From NCBI GenBank assembly GCA_025965935.1, contig JAOPVZ010000308.1:1-56067 (forward strand): 56,067 nt of DNA, written 5' to 3'. Every line of letters starts with the position of its first letter. Position 1 is the first letter of the stretch. Origin of the DNA: Frankiales bacterium (lineage in GTDB: Bacteria; Actinomycetota; Actinomycetes; Mycobacteriales; SCTD01). Below are positions 9,602-19,058 of this stretch, in pieces. The position numbers and the translations under genes were made by a program. The notes beneath the pieces are model-generated. The model did no database searches, had not been told where the DNA came from, and saw only the letters and a program-made list of their open reading frames with translations.

Positions 9602-10961
9602 CGGCTCGGGTGACCGCGGGCTCGAGGTGCACCACCTTGCAGCGGGACAGTTCGTCGAGCAGTTCCGGCCCGTAGCCGAAGCCCGTGCCGCTGCCTCGTC
9701 CTGGCGTGGCCGCGCCTCCCGGCGCGCCGCCGAAGGCAGCGTTGACCTTCACGGTGCTCACCGGGAGCTCACGCACCGCCCGCTGAGCATGCTCCTGGTC
9801 GGCGGTGAGGACGACCGCGGCGAGCCCGTACCGGGACCGGCCTGCCGCCTGCAGCATCGCGTCGAAGTCAGGGAGGACCTGCACCGCCGCCACGGGCCCG
9901 AAGGTCTCGTCGGTCATCAGCCGCATCCCGTGATGGCAGCCGACCAGGACGGTGGGCGGGTACCACGCACCCGCGCCGCTCGGCACCTCGCCGCCCGTCA
10001 GCCGCCGAGCACCCGCGGCGACCGCCTCCGCGACATGGGCGTGCACCAGCTGGCGCTGCGAGCGGTCGACCAGCGGTCCGATCGAACGAGCGTGGGCCTC
10101 CGCGACAAGGGCTTCCAGGAAGGCCTCAGCCACGTCGGCGTGCACGTACACCCGCTCGATCGACACGCACACCTGACCGCTGTTGGCGAAGGCCCCCAGT
10201 GCCACCTGCGACGCGGCCCAGGCCGGGTCCACGTCCGCGTCGACCACGCAGGCGTCCTTGCCGCCGCCCTCGAGCACCGCCTTGGCGCCGCTGCGGGCGC
10301 ACGCCTCGGCGATGCCCCGGCCCGTCTCCGACGAGCCGACGTGGACCACCACGTCAACGCGCGGGTCGCTGCAGAGCTCGGCCCCGACCCGGCCGTCGCC
10401 CTGCACCACCTGCAGCACGTCGGCCGGGAGGTGCGTTGCCAGCACCTCGGCGGCGCGGCCAGCGGCGAGCGGCGCACGCTCGCTGGGCTTCAGCAAGACG
10501 GCATTGCCGGCCGCCAGTGCCGCGCCGACGTCCTGCAGCGAGATGGCGACCGGGTCGTTCCACGGCGTGATGACGGCGCAGACACCGCGGGGCTCCCAGA
10601 CCATGACGTCGGTGGCGGACCAGCTGCCCTGCAGGGAGCGCCCGCGGTGCAGCGGTGCCAGCTCGGCATAGGTCTCGAGGGAACCGATCCCGGCCAACAC
10701 CCCGCCGCGACTGTCCTGCAGCGGCTTCCCCATCTCGCGGGACTGCAGCTCCGCCAGCTCGTCGACCCGGTCGCGGAGCTCCCTGGCCGCCTCCTTGAGG
10801 GCGCCCGAGCGGTCGCCTGCCGACGTCCGGGCCCAGCCGGACGCCGCGGCGGCGGCACGGGCAACCCGGTCGCCGACGTCGGTCGTCGCGGTGACGACGC
10901 CCACGACGGTGTCGTCACGCGGGTCCACGACGTGCAGCTCCTGATCGAGGACTGTCGTCAT
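9594..10961 (-). CDS. Aldehyde dehydrogenase family protein
   Basis: 455 aa with an ALDH-like catalytic region (FANSGQVCVSIERVYV) and LEGGGKDA. Confidence 0.8.
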   Translation of the reverse strand: MTTVLDQELHVVDPRDDTVVGVVTATTDVGDRVARAAAAASGWARTSAGDRSGALKEAARELRDRVDELAELQSREMGKPLQDSRGGVLAGIGSLETYAELAPLHRGRSLQGSWSATDVMVWEPRGVCAVITPWNDPVAISLQDVGAALAAGNAVLLKPSERAPLAAGRAAEVLATHLPADVLQVVQGDGRVGAELCSDPRVDVVVHVGSSETGRGIAEACARSGAKAVLEGGGKDACVVDADVDPAWAASQVALGAFANSGQVCVSIERVYVHADVAEAFLEALVAEAHARSIGPLVDRSQRQLVHAHVAEAVAAGARRLTGGEVPSGAGAWYPPTVLVGCHHGMRLMTDETFGPVAAVQVLPDFDAMLQAAGRSRYGLAAVVLTADQEHAQRAVRELPVSTVKVNAAFGGAPGGAATPGRGSGTGFGYGPELLDELSRCKVVHLEPAVTRAVR

Positions 10962-10999
10962 CGGGATTCCTTCCTCAACAACCGGGGTAGCGGCTGCCG

Positions 11000-12013
11000 G
11001 TGAGCCTTCGCGTCCTGACGTGGCACGTGCACGGGTCCTACCTCCAGTACCTCAGCGCGGTGCCCGTCACGTGGCTGCTTCCGGTCCGGCCGGACAAGCA
11101 GCAGGGGTACGGCGGGCGGGGCGCGACCTTCCACTGGCCGGACAACGTCGTGGAGGTGCCGGCCGACGACGTGCCGTCCTGGGTGAACGGCGTGGACGTC
11201 GTCCTGACGCAGAGCCGGCACAACTGGGAGGTCGACCGGCACGAGCTGCTCGGTCCGCTGGCCCGCGACCTGCCTCGCGTGCACATCGAGCACGACCCGC
11301 CGCGGCACTGGCCCAACGCGGCGCTCCACCCCGTCCAGGACCCGACCGCCAGGCTCGTGCACGTCACGCCGTTCAACGCGCTGATGTGGGACAGCGGCAT
11401 CACCCCGAGCACCGTTGTCGAGCACGGCGTCGATGTGCCGCAGCTGCCATGGACGGGGGAGCACGACCGTGGCATCACCGTCGTCAACAACCTCTGGAGC
11501 CGCGGTCGCCGCCTCGGGCCTGACCTGTTCGAGGAGTTCGCGGGCCAGGTTCCCCTCGACCTCGCCGGCATGGGCGGCGAGCGCTGGCCCTCCTGGCTCG
11601 GCGACGTGCGGCTGGCGGAGCTGCACCGGCTGCTCCCGTCGTACCGGTTCTTCTTCAACCCGATCCGCTACACCTCGCTGGGACTGGCCGTGTGCGAGGC
11701 GATGGCCCTGGGACTGCCCGTCCTCGGCTTGGCGACCACCGAGATGGCCACGGCGGTGCAGAACGGCGTGAACGGCTACGTCGAGACGCGCCCGGATCGG
11801 CTGGTCGCGCACGCCCGCCGGTTGCTGGAGGACCCCGTCGAGGCAGCCGAGCTGTCCGCCGGCGCGGTCACCACGGCCCGGGAGCGCTTCGGGCACCAGC
11901 GCTTCGTCCAGGACTGGAGCGACGTGCTTCATCGCGCGGCCGCGAGCACGTCTGACGGGGTCAGCTCGAGCAGTCCAGGGTCCGGCTCCGGGGCGTCGTC
12001 GTCGTTCACCTGA
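11000..12013 (+). CDS. Glycosyltransferase, GT4/GT1-type
   Basis: 337 aa. The C-terminal signature YTSLGLAVCEAMALGLPVLG...NGVNGYVE is typical of retaining GT-B enzymes. Confidence 0.7.
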   Translation: MSLRVLTWHVHGSYLQYLSAVPVTWLLPVRPDKQQGYGGRGATFHWPDNVVEVPADDVPSWVNGVDVVLTQSRHNWEVDRHELLGPLARDLPRVHIEHDPPRHWPNAALHPVQDPTARLVHVTPFNALMWDSGITPSTVVEHGVDVPQLPWTGEHDRGITVVNNLWSRGRRLGPDLFEEFAGQVPLDLAGMGGERWPSWLGDVRLAELHRLLPSYRFFFNPIRYTSLGLAVCEAMALGLPVLGLATTEMATAVQNGVNGYVETRPDRLVAHARRLLEDPVEAAELSAGAVTTARERFGHQRFVQDWSDVLHRAAASTSDGVSSSSPGSGSGASSSFT

Positions 12014-12789
12014 CCACGCCAGAGCACCCGGTGCCGGTTGACGTCGGGCGGCCCCCACACCGCTGGCGACGTCGGTCCGAAGAGCAGCACGGAGGGGGTC
12101 CGGTAGGCGGTGGCGAGGTGGGCCACACCGGTGTCCGGCGCGACCACGAGGGCCGCCGTCGCGACCAGGTCGCACAGACCGTCCAGCGACGGTGAGAGCA
12201 CCCGGCCTTGGCCTGCCTGGCGCACCACCTCTGTGGCCCGCTGCTGCTCGCCGGGACCGGCCGTCACCAGTACCTCTGCGTGGTCCAGGCCCCGGACCAC
12301 CTCGGCCCAACGCTGCACCGGCCAGCGCCGCGAGGGCTTCGCCGCTCCGGGATGCACCACGACGTGACTGCCCCGGGGGCCACGGGCGGGAAGCAGCAGA
12401 TCGTCTGTGTCGCAGGGGATCCCGGACTCGGTGAGCAGCCGGCACCAGCGTACGACCTCGTGCTCGTCCGGCCTCCAGCCGCGGCCGTCCCGACCCCAGG
12501 CGAGCAGCCGGGCCGGCCCGGTCGCCTCGAGCAGCGCGGTGCTCTGCGGTCCGCGACCGTGCAGGTTGACCCCCAGCGCCGCGCCGTCGACCGAGGTAGG
12601 CAGCCGCTGCAGCGGGGCGGCGTCCACCAGCTCGTCGACGGCGCCGACCTGCGAGACGATCGGCCCCAGCGCCCGGGGGCAGGCCAGCTGGATGTGCGCC
12701 GTCGGGTGGGCGCGCCGCAGGCCGCGCAGGGCCGGCACGGCGGTGAGCAGGTCGCCGAGGCCCAGAGCGCGCAGGACGAGCACCCTCAT
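11929..12789 (-). CDS. Glycosyltransferase family 9 (heptosyltransferase-like)
   Basis: Starting at the ATG at 12789 gives MRVLVLRALGLGDLLTAVPALRGLRRAHP, the GT9 N-terminal signature. ATGA overlap with the upstream GT2. Confidence 0.75.
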   Translation of the reverse strand: MRVLVLRALGLGDLLTAVPALRGLRRAHPTAHIQLACPRALGPIVSQVGAVDELVDAAPLQRLPTSVDGAALGVNLHGRGPQSTALLEATGPARLLAWGRDGRGWRPDEHEVVRWCRLLTESGIPCDTDDLLLPARGPRGSHVVVHPGAAKPSRRWPVQRWAEVVRGLDHAEVLVTAGPGEQQRATEVVRQAGQGRVLSPSLDGLCDLVATAALVVAPDTGVAHLATAYRTPSVLLFGPTSPAVWGPPDVNRHRVLWRGQVNDDDAPEPDPGLLELTPSDVLAAAR

Positions 12790-13679
12790 CGCGACCGCCA
12801 CCAGCCCAGCAGCCACCAGCCGGTCGCAGCCTCGGGGATCGCGACGGACGTGGCGAGCATCGTGGCGACCTCGCGGGTCGTGCGCGGCCCTGGGGCGACT
12901 CGTCGTCGTGCGAAGTCACCCACCAGCAGGGCCCAGGTCGTCAGGGCGGCCCGCCGCCAGCGCGGGACGGCAGCGGCCAGCAGCGCGGCCGTCGTCGCCA
13001 GGTGCCATGGCCGCCTTCCGGCGGGGACCTGCGCGCGGTGCCGCCAGTCGGATCCGTGCTTGCGCCGCATCCGGACGTCGTCGGTGTTGCCGCGCTGGCT
13101 GCGGATGCTCTGCGTCCAGCGTGCCGGACGTACGGGATGCACGACCTGCCGTCGGCCGGTGACGATCTGCCAGCCCGCTGCCGTGACACGCAGCCCCAGG
13201 TCCGCGTCCTCCCGATAGGCGCGCGGGAAGCACTCGTCGAAGCCGCCGACCGTCTCGAGCGCACTGCGGCGGTAGGCGAGGTCGGCGGTCGCCCAGACCG
13301 CCGTCTCGAGCCCCTTGGTGGAGCGCTCCCAGTCCGTAGGTCGTTCGGAGGTGGGCACCGTGATGCGGCCCTGGACGCCGCCGACGTCCGGACCGGCCGC
13401 GTCGAGGTCGGCCTCGAGCGCGCTCACCCAGTCCCCAGGCGGCTCGACGTCGTCGTCGAGGAACGCCACCCACTCGCTGTCGGCATGCCGCCACCCGAGG
13501 TTGCGCGCGGCTGCGGGTCCGCGTCCGCCCGACCTGAGGACGGTCACGCCTTCGATGCTCAGTGACGGCCCATCCGGGCGGTCGTCCACCACGACGACCG
13601 GCACCTGGCCGACCACCGGTGCGAGGGCTCGGTGCAGCGAGGGCCGGCCCACTGTGGGGACCACGACGGTGATGGTCAC
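12786..13679 (-). CDS. Glycosyltransferase family 2
   Basis: The GTG at 13679 overlaps the carbamoyltransferase stop (GTGA). ITVVVPTVGRP, a DD motif and ARNLG are GT2-like. Confidence 0.75.
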   Translation of the reverse strand: MTITVVVPTVGRPSLHRALAPVVGQVPVVVVDDRPDGPSLSIEGVTVLRSGGRGPAAARNLGWRHADSEWVAFLDDDVEPPGDWVSALEADLDAAGPDVGGVQGRITVPTSERPTDWERSTKGLETAVWATADLAYRRSALETVGGFDECFPRAYREDADLGLRVTAAGWQIVTGRRQVVHPVRPARWTQSIRSQRGNTDDVRMRRKHGSDWRHRAQVPAGRRPWHLATTAALLAAAVPRWRRAALTTWALLVGDFARRRVAPGPRTTREVATMLATSVAIPEAATGWWLLGWWRSR

Positions 13680-15289
13680 GGCCACCGCGACCGCCGTACC
13701 GCGAAGGGACCGAGCGCCAGCAGGTCGACCGGACCGGAGCCGAAGCACTCCAGCGCGTCCCGGGGGTCGTCGACGATGGGGCGCCCGGCCGTGTTGAGGG
13801 AGGTGTTCACGACGACGGGCAGGCCGGTGCGACGCGCGAAGCCCTCGAGCACCCGAGCGACCAGCGGCTCCTCACGCCGGTCGACGGTCTGGATCCGGGC
13901 GGAGCCGTCGACGTGCGTGACGACCGGGATGCGGCCTCGCCAGTCGGGCGCGACGGCATGGGTGAAGAGCATGTACGGCGAAGGGACCGTGCCGGTGAAG
14001 ATCTCGTGCGCTCTCTCCAGCAAGACCATGGGGGCCACCGGCCGGAACTGCTCGCGGCCCTTCACGTCGTTCATTCGCTCGAGGTTCTTCTCGAAGCCCG
14101 GGTGGGCCAGCAGCGAGCGGTGCCCCAGAGCGCGGGGGCCGTACTCCGCGCGGCCTTGGAACCAGGCGACGATCCCGTCGTGGGCCAGGCACTCCGCGAC
14201 CTCCTCGGCGATGTCGCGCGGACGGTCGTAGGGCACACCGGCCGTCTGCAACCAGGCCTCGAGCTCGTCATCGGTCCAGGACCGCCCCAGGGCCGCCGTG
14301 CGCATCGGGGCCACGGGGTCACCCAGCGCGTGGGCCACGTGCATGGCAGCGCCGAGCGCGGTGCCGCTGTCACCGGCCGCCGGCTGCACCCACACCTGCT
14401 CGAAAGGGCCCTCAGCGGCGATCTTGGCGTTCGCGACGCAGTTGAGCGCGACGCCGCCCGCCATCGTCAGTGCCGTGTCGCCGGTCTGCCCGTGCAGCCA
14501 GCTGACCAGGTCGAGCAGCACCTCCTCCAGCCGCAGCTGCACCGTCGCGGCGAGGTCGGCGTCCCACTCGCCCGGCTTGCTGAAGGACCCCCACTCGACG
14601 GGCTCGACGGTGAAGCCGCCGTCGCCCGTGGGACGGACCAGCTCGCGGAACTCCTTGATCCAGCGCGGTTGGCCGTAGGACGCGAGCGCCATCACCTTGT
14701 ACTCGTCGCTCGAGCGGCGGAAGCCGAAGTGCTCGGTCAGCTCCTCGTAGAGCAGCCCGAGCGAGTGCGGCAGCTGCTGGGCGGCGAGGACGTCGAGGTC
14801 GCCGTCGACGCACCGGCCGGCCAGGTGCGAGGCAGTCTCCCCACGGCCGTCCAGGACCAGCACGGAGGAGCTGGGATACGGGGCGGCGAGCGCGGCAGAG
14901 GCCGCGTGCGCCAGGTGGTGCGGGACGTAGCGCACGGAGCCCGGGTCCAGACCCGGCAGCGCGGTCCGGAGGAACAGCGGCGCCCGTTCGGCGTACAGCG
15001 TGCGCAGTCCTTCCCAACCGTCGTCGACGACCGAGGTGTACGGCGGACAGAGCCCAGGGTCGTAGGAGTAGGCCACCGCGTCGAGGTCCTCGGGCGACAG
15101 CCCGGCCCTGGCCAGGCACCACGCGGCCGACTGCGTGGGGAGCTCCCAGGCCGCGAACGGGAGGTTGTCATGGCCGTGCTTGCGGCGGGTGAAGCGCTCT
15201 TCCTCGGCGGCGGCGACCACCTCGCCGTCGACGACGAGCGCGGCCGCCGGGTCGTGGAAGACGGCGTTCACGCCGAGCACGGCGCTCAC
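13676..15289 (-). CDS. Carbamoyltransferase (NodU/CmcH family)
   Basis: 537 aa. The N-terminus LGVNAVFHDPAAALVVDGEVVAAAEEERFTRRKH is characteristic of the family. Confidence 0.85.
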   Translation of the reverse strand: MSAVLGVNAVFHDPAAALVVDGEVVAAAEEERFTRRKHGHDNLPFAAWELPTQSAAWCLARAGLSPEDLDAVAYSYDPGLCPPYTSVVDDGWEGLRTLYAERAPLFLRTALPGLDPGSVRYVPHHLAHAASAALAAPYPSSSVLVLDGRGETASHLAGRCVDGDLDVLAAQQLPHSLGLLYEELTEHFGFRRSSDEYKVMALASYGQPRWIKEFRELVRPTGDGGFTVEPVEWGSFSKPGEWDADLAATVQLRLEEVLLDLVSWLHGQTGDTALTMAGGVALNCVANAKIAAEGPFEQVWVQPAAGDSGTALGAAMHVAHALGDPVAPMRTAALGRSWTDDELEAWLQTAGVPYDRPRDIAEEVAECLAHDGIVAWFQGRAEYGPRALGHRSLLAHPGFEKNLERMNDVKGREQFRPVAPMVLLERAHEIFTGTVPSPYMLFTHAVAPDWRGRIPVVTHVDGSARIQTVDRREEPLVARVLEGFARRTGLPVVVNTSLNTAGRPIVDDPRDALECFGSGPVDLLALGPFAVRRSRWP

Positions 15290-15969
15290 GGCCAGCTGCC
15301 TTCCCAGGAGCTGGTCACGACGAGCTCGCGCACCTCGCAGCCCGGCGGCTGCGTGAGGCAGTGCAGCACGGTGCGGGCGACGTCCTCCGGCCGGTTGAGC
15401 TTGGCGTCCGGGGGTGGCTTGTACTGCGCCTCGCGGTCGTCGAAGAAGGCGGTGTGCATGCCGCCAGGAGTCAGGAGGGTCACGCCGACCTGGCCCTTGA
15501 GCTCGCTCTGCAGCGCGCGGGTGAACCCGACGACCCCGAACTTGCTGGCGCAGTAGGCGGTGGCGTCAGGGAACACCCGGTGGCCGAGGGTGGAGGCGAC
15601 GGTGACGACCTTGCCCTTCGTCCGGCGCAGCGACGGCAGCGCCGCGCGGACCACGGCCGCGGTGCCCAGCAGGTTGACGAGGACCACGCGCTCCCAGGCA
15701 ATCGGGTCGACCTCGTCGAGCGGTCCGCAGACGTCTGTGCCGGCGGCGGTGACGACGCCGTGCAGTGGATGTTCGCCGACCAACCGCAGTACCGCTTCCT
15801 CCGCTGCCCTGCCTTCGGACAGGTCGACCACCTCGCTGCGGTAGCCCTCGACGGGCACCCGGTCCAGGGCGAGCACGGTGCCGCCCGCCGCGCGGACGGC
15901 AGCGGCGACGGCGGCACCGAGGCCGCTGGCCGCTCCGGTGACGAGAACGGTCCCGGGGTCGTCAGGCAC
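15286..15969 (-). CDS. Short-chain dehydrogenase/reductase (classical SDR)
   Basis: TGAASGLG cofactor motif and YCASK catalytic motif. 4-nt overlap with the downstream gene. Confidence 0.8.
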   Translation of the reverse strand: MPDDPGTVLVTGAASGLGAAVAAAVRAAGGTVLALDRVPVEGYRSEVVDLSEGRAAEEAVLRLVGEHPLHGVVTAAGTDVCGPLDEVDPIAWERVVLVNLLGTAAVVRAALPSLRRTKGKVVTVASTLGHRVFPDATAYCASKFGVVGFTRALQSELKGQVGVTLLTPGGMHTAFFDDREAQYKPPPDAKLNRPEDVARTVLHCLTQPPGCEVRELVVTSSWEGSWP

Positions 15970-17257
15970 GGCTTGCCTCTCGGATCAGGAGGGACGTGGA
16001 CCGGCCCTCGAGGTAGGGGAGCGCGACGGCCTGCCCGCCCCAGCGCTGGAGGACCTCTGCCTCGGCCAGCACGGCCCCGGCGTAGTCACCGCCCTTGGCC
16101 CAGACGTCCGGCCGGAGCTCCTGCAGTGCACGCACAGGGGTGTCCTCGTCGAAGACGACCACGTCGTCCACGCAGCCGAGCGCCAGGAGGACTCGGGCTC
16201 GGTCGGCCGCGGCTTGCAGAGGCCGGGAAGGCCCCTTCAACCGTCGCACCGAGTCGTCGGAGTTGAGCAGGACCACGAGGCAGTCCCCGAGGGCACGCGC
16301 CTGCTCGAGGACAGCGACATGGCCGGCGTGCAGCAGGTCGAAGCAGCCTCCGGTCGCAACAACCGTGCCCCTGGTCGCACGGGTGTGCGCCACCACGTCG
16401 ACCCCGTCGTGCGTGGTGGGTGCGTCGAGGGCGGCCGCTCCGCCTTCGGCGACGAACGCGGCGGCGGCAGCGACGGCACCGGACACCGCCTCGCTGACGA
16501 GGGCGCCATCGGCCAGGAGCCCGGCCGCGGTCGCAGCGAAGCGGTCACCTGCCCCGCACGGGTCCGCGCACGGGACGGCCGGTGCGGGGTAGACGGACGG
16601 GGTCCCGTCGCCCTGGACCAGCAGGGCACCACGGGCTCCGAGCGTCACGGCGACGGCACCTGCCCCCCATTCCGAGCGCAGCTCGGCGGCCCGTTGTGCG
16701 GCCTCGGCGAGCGACCCGGCGCCGGCTTCCGCCGCGTTGGGCGTGATGAGGACGCAGCCGGTCGTCGGACACGCCCCCCGGGGGTGGGGGTCCCAGACGA
16801 TCCGCCGACCGGCAAGCGCAGCCCGGAGCCGCGGCAAGGACGTCACGCCCCGCCCGTAGTCGGACACCAGGGTCTCGCCGGGCGGGAGCTCGCCGTCGAG
16901 GTCGCCCGTCAGGTGCGCCGCGCCCCTGTCCAGCCGAAGCAGCGAGCGGCCGCCGGACCTGACCCGGACCTTCTCGACCGTGCTCCCTTCCGCCCCGAGG
17001 TCAAGCAGCTGCACGCCGGCCTCGTCGAGGAGTGTGCGCAGCTCCTCACCCGCTGCGTCGCGGACCAGCGCGGTGACGAGCACGACCTCGCGACCGTCCC
17101 GCGCTGCCAGCAGCGCCGCCAGCCCGGCACCGCCAGGCCGGGCAAGGTCGGTCGGGTCGTCGAGAACGGGTACCGGCGCGTCCGGGCACAGCCGCTCGAC
17201 GCGGCCGACGAGGTCCCGGTCGAGCAGCGTGTCGCCGACGACGACGAGCGGCCTCAC
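15962..17257 (-). CDS. hldE: Bifunctional D-beta-D-heptose 7-phosphate kinase / D-beta-D-heptose 1-phosphate adenylyltransferase
   Basis: 431 aa with an N-terminal pfkB-type sugar kinase and a C-terminal cytidylyltransferase-fold domain carrying GGCFDLLHAGH. Confidence 0.85.
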   Translation of the reverse strand: MRPLVVVGDTLLDRDLVGRVERLCPDAPVPVLDDPTDLARPGGAGLAALLAARDGREVVLVTALVRDAAGEELRTLLDEAGVQLLDLGAEGSTVEKVRVRSGGRSLLRLDRGAAHLTGDLDGELPPGETLVSDYGRGVTSLPRLRAALAGRRIVWDPHPRGACPTTGCVLITPNAAEAGAGSLAEAAQRAAELRSEWGAGAVAVTLGARGALLVQGDGTPSVYPAPAVPCADPCGAGDRFAATAAGLLADGALVSEAVSGAVAAAAAFVAEGGAAALDAPTTHDGVDVVAHTRATRGTVVATGGCFDLLHAGHVAVLEQARALGDCLVVLLNSDDSVRRLKGPSRPLQAAADRARVLLALGCVDDVVVFDEDTPVRALQELRPDVWAKGGDYAGAVLAEAEVLQRWGGQAVALPYLEGRSTSLLIREASRA

Positions 17258-17844
17258 AGGGCCACCGGATACGGATCAGCCACGCCCAGCGCCACATCGA
17301 CCGCTGCGCACACCAGGTGCACGGCGACCTGGTGGACCTCTTGCACGGTCGCGGTGGCAGGAGCGTCAACAGTCAGGCACTCGTCGGCCAGCTGCTGCAT
17401 CGGCGAGCCCTCTCGGCCTGTCATGGCCCAGACGATCAGGCCCCGGTCCTGGGCGGACCGCATCGCGGCGAGCACGTTGCCGCTGGACCCGCTCGTCGAG
17501 AGCCCGAGGAAGACATCACCCGGCCGCCCGTGCGCCTCGACCTGGCGCGCGTAGCCGGCCCCCCAGCCGTAGTCGTTGGCGATCGCGGTCAGCGAGGACG
17601 TCTCGGCGTGCAGTGCGATGGCGGACAGGGCCGGCCGGTCGTCGCGGTAGCGCCCGACGAGCTCGGCGGTGAGGTGCTGGGCCTGAGCCGCGGAGCCGCC
17701 GTTGCCGGCTGCGAGCAGCCGGCCGCTGCCGATGAGGACCCTGGCCAGGTGCGTCCCCCAGCGATCCAGGAGGTCCGTGTCGAGCCCGGGCAGCGCGCGG
17801 GCGAGAGCCAGCACGTGCTGCCGGCCGGAGAGCAGCTGGGTCAC
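17254..17844 (-). CDS. gmhA: Phosphoheptose isomerase (SIS domain)
   Basis: The GTG at 17844 overlaps the upstream stop (GTGA). GNGGSAAQAQHLTAEL is a SIS/GmhA signature. The ORF-track N-terminal extension was rejected. Confidence 0.8.
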   Translation of the reverse strand: MTQLLSGRQHVLALARALPGLDTDLLDRWGTHLARVLIGSGRLLAAGNGGSAAQAQHLTAELVGRYRDDRPALSAIALHAETSSLTAIANDYGWGAGYARQVEAHGRPGDVFLGLSTSGSSGNVLAAMRSAQDRGLIVWAMTGREGSPMQQLADECLTVDAPATATVQEVHQVAVHLVCAAVDVALGVADPYPVAL

Positions 17845-19058
17845 GGGAGCACCTCCGAGGTCAGGGTGCGGCGGGCGAGCAGCAGGTGGTAGGTCGCCAT
17901 GGTCTGCTCGGCGACGCGGCTCCACGTGAAGCGCCGCCGGACCCGCTTCACACCGGCGGCTCCGAAGGCCGCTCGTCGAGTCGGGTCGTCGAGGAGCTCG
18001 CCCATGGCACAGGCCAGCTCGACGGGGGACCGGGGAGGGACGAGCAGCCCGGTCTGCCCGTGCACCACCGTGTCGCACAGGCCGCCGACTGCCGTGCCCA
18101 GGATCGGGACACCGCAGGCCATCGCCTCGAGCGGGACGATGCCGAACGGCTCGTACCAGGGTGCGCAGGCGACGGCGTCCGCCGAGCGCAGCAGCGCGGG
18201 AAGCTCGTCGCGACAGACCCGGCCCCTGACCTGCACCTGGTCGGCAACACCCAGCTCTTGGGCCAGCCGGTTGAGGCGCTGCACCTCCTGGTCGGTGTCG
18301 AGGCCGCTCGGGTCCGGACCGCCGGCGACGACCAGCTCCACGTCGTCGCGGCCCAGCAGGCCGAGCGCCTCGATGACGTTGCCGACGCCCTTGCGTTCGA
18401 CCAGCCGGCCGACCGACACGACCCGGTGCGGCCGGGCGGGCGCCTCACGGGGACCGTCGGGGCGGAAGACCGTGGGGTCGACGCCGCACGGCACCACCGT
18501 CACCCGGTGAGTCGGGGCCCCGAGGCGCCGCAGCTCGAAGACCTCGTCGCTGCAGGTGGCCAGCACCCGGTCGACCTCATGCACCAGATCGCGCTCGATG
18601 CCCTCGCGCTCCGGCGGACTGGTGTCGCGAGTCCCCTGGTGACGTCGCTTGACGACGCCCAGCGCGTGAAACGTCATGGCGACCGGGATGTCGAGCTGCC
18701 TGGCCGCCTGCAGCGCCGCCCAGCCGCTCATCCAGAAGTGCGCGTGGACGAGATCGGGCCGCTCGTGCTCCCAAGCCCGGCGCAGCTCGTCGGCGAAGGC
18801 CGGCATGTGGGCGAGCAGCTCGTCCTTGGCTATGTGCGCAGGTGGCCCCGCCGGCACGTGGTCGACGGACACCCCGGGCGACAACGCGACCCGGCGTGGG
18901 AGGAGCCGGTCGTCGCGTCGGGTGTGCACCGTGACCTCGGCACCTCGGCGCGCGAGCGCCGTCGAGAGCGCGGCGACGTGCACGTTCTGCCCACCTGCGT
19001 CCACGCCACCGAGTACCGCCAGCGGGCTCGCGTGCTCCGACACCATGGCGATCTTCAC
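17841..19058 (-). CDS. Glycosyltransferase family 4
   Basis: Starting at the GTG at 19058 (GTGA overlap) gives VKIAMVSEHASPLAVLGGVDAGGQNVHV. The C-terminal motif PWYEPFGIVPLEAMACGVP is typical of GT4. Confidence 0.8.
   Translation of the reverse strand: MKIAMVSEHASPLAVLGGVDAGGQNVHVAALSTALARRGAEVTVHTRRDDRLLPRRVALSPGVSVDHVPAGPPAHIAKDELLAHMPAFADELRRAWEHERPDLVHAHFWMSGWAALQAARQLDIPVAMTFHALGVVKRRHQGTRDTSPPEREGIERDLVHEVDRVLATCSDEVFELRRLGAPTHRVTVVPCGVDPTVFRPDGPREAPARPHRVVSVGRLVERKGVGNVIEALGLLGRDDVELVVAGGPDPSGLDTDQEVQRLNRLAQELGVADQVQVRGRVCRDELPALLRSADAVACAPWYEPFGIVPLEAMACGVPILGTAVGGLCDTVVHGQTGLLVPPRSPVELACAMGELLDDPTRRAAFGAAGVKRVRRRFTWSRVAEQTMATYHLLLARRTLTSEVLP

Noticed and set aside
10958-12919. 653-aa minus-strand ORF spans the GT4-type gene and part of the GT9 gene.
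   Set aside because: Its composition is extreme in Arg/Gly/Pro/Ala. It conflicts with two motif-supported glycosyltransferase genes, so it is a shadow ORF.
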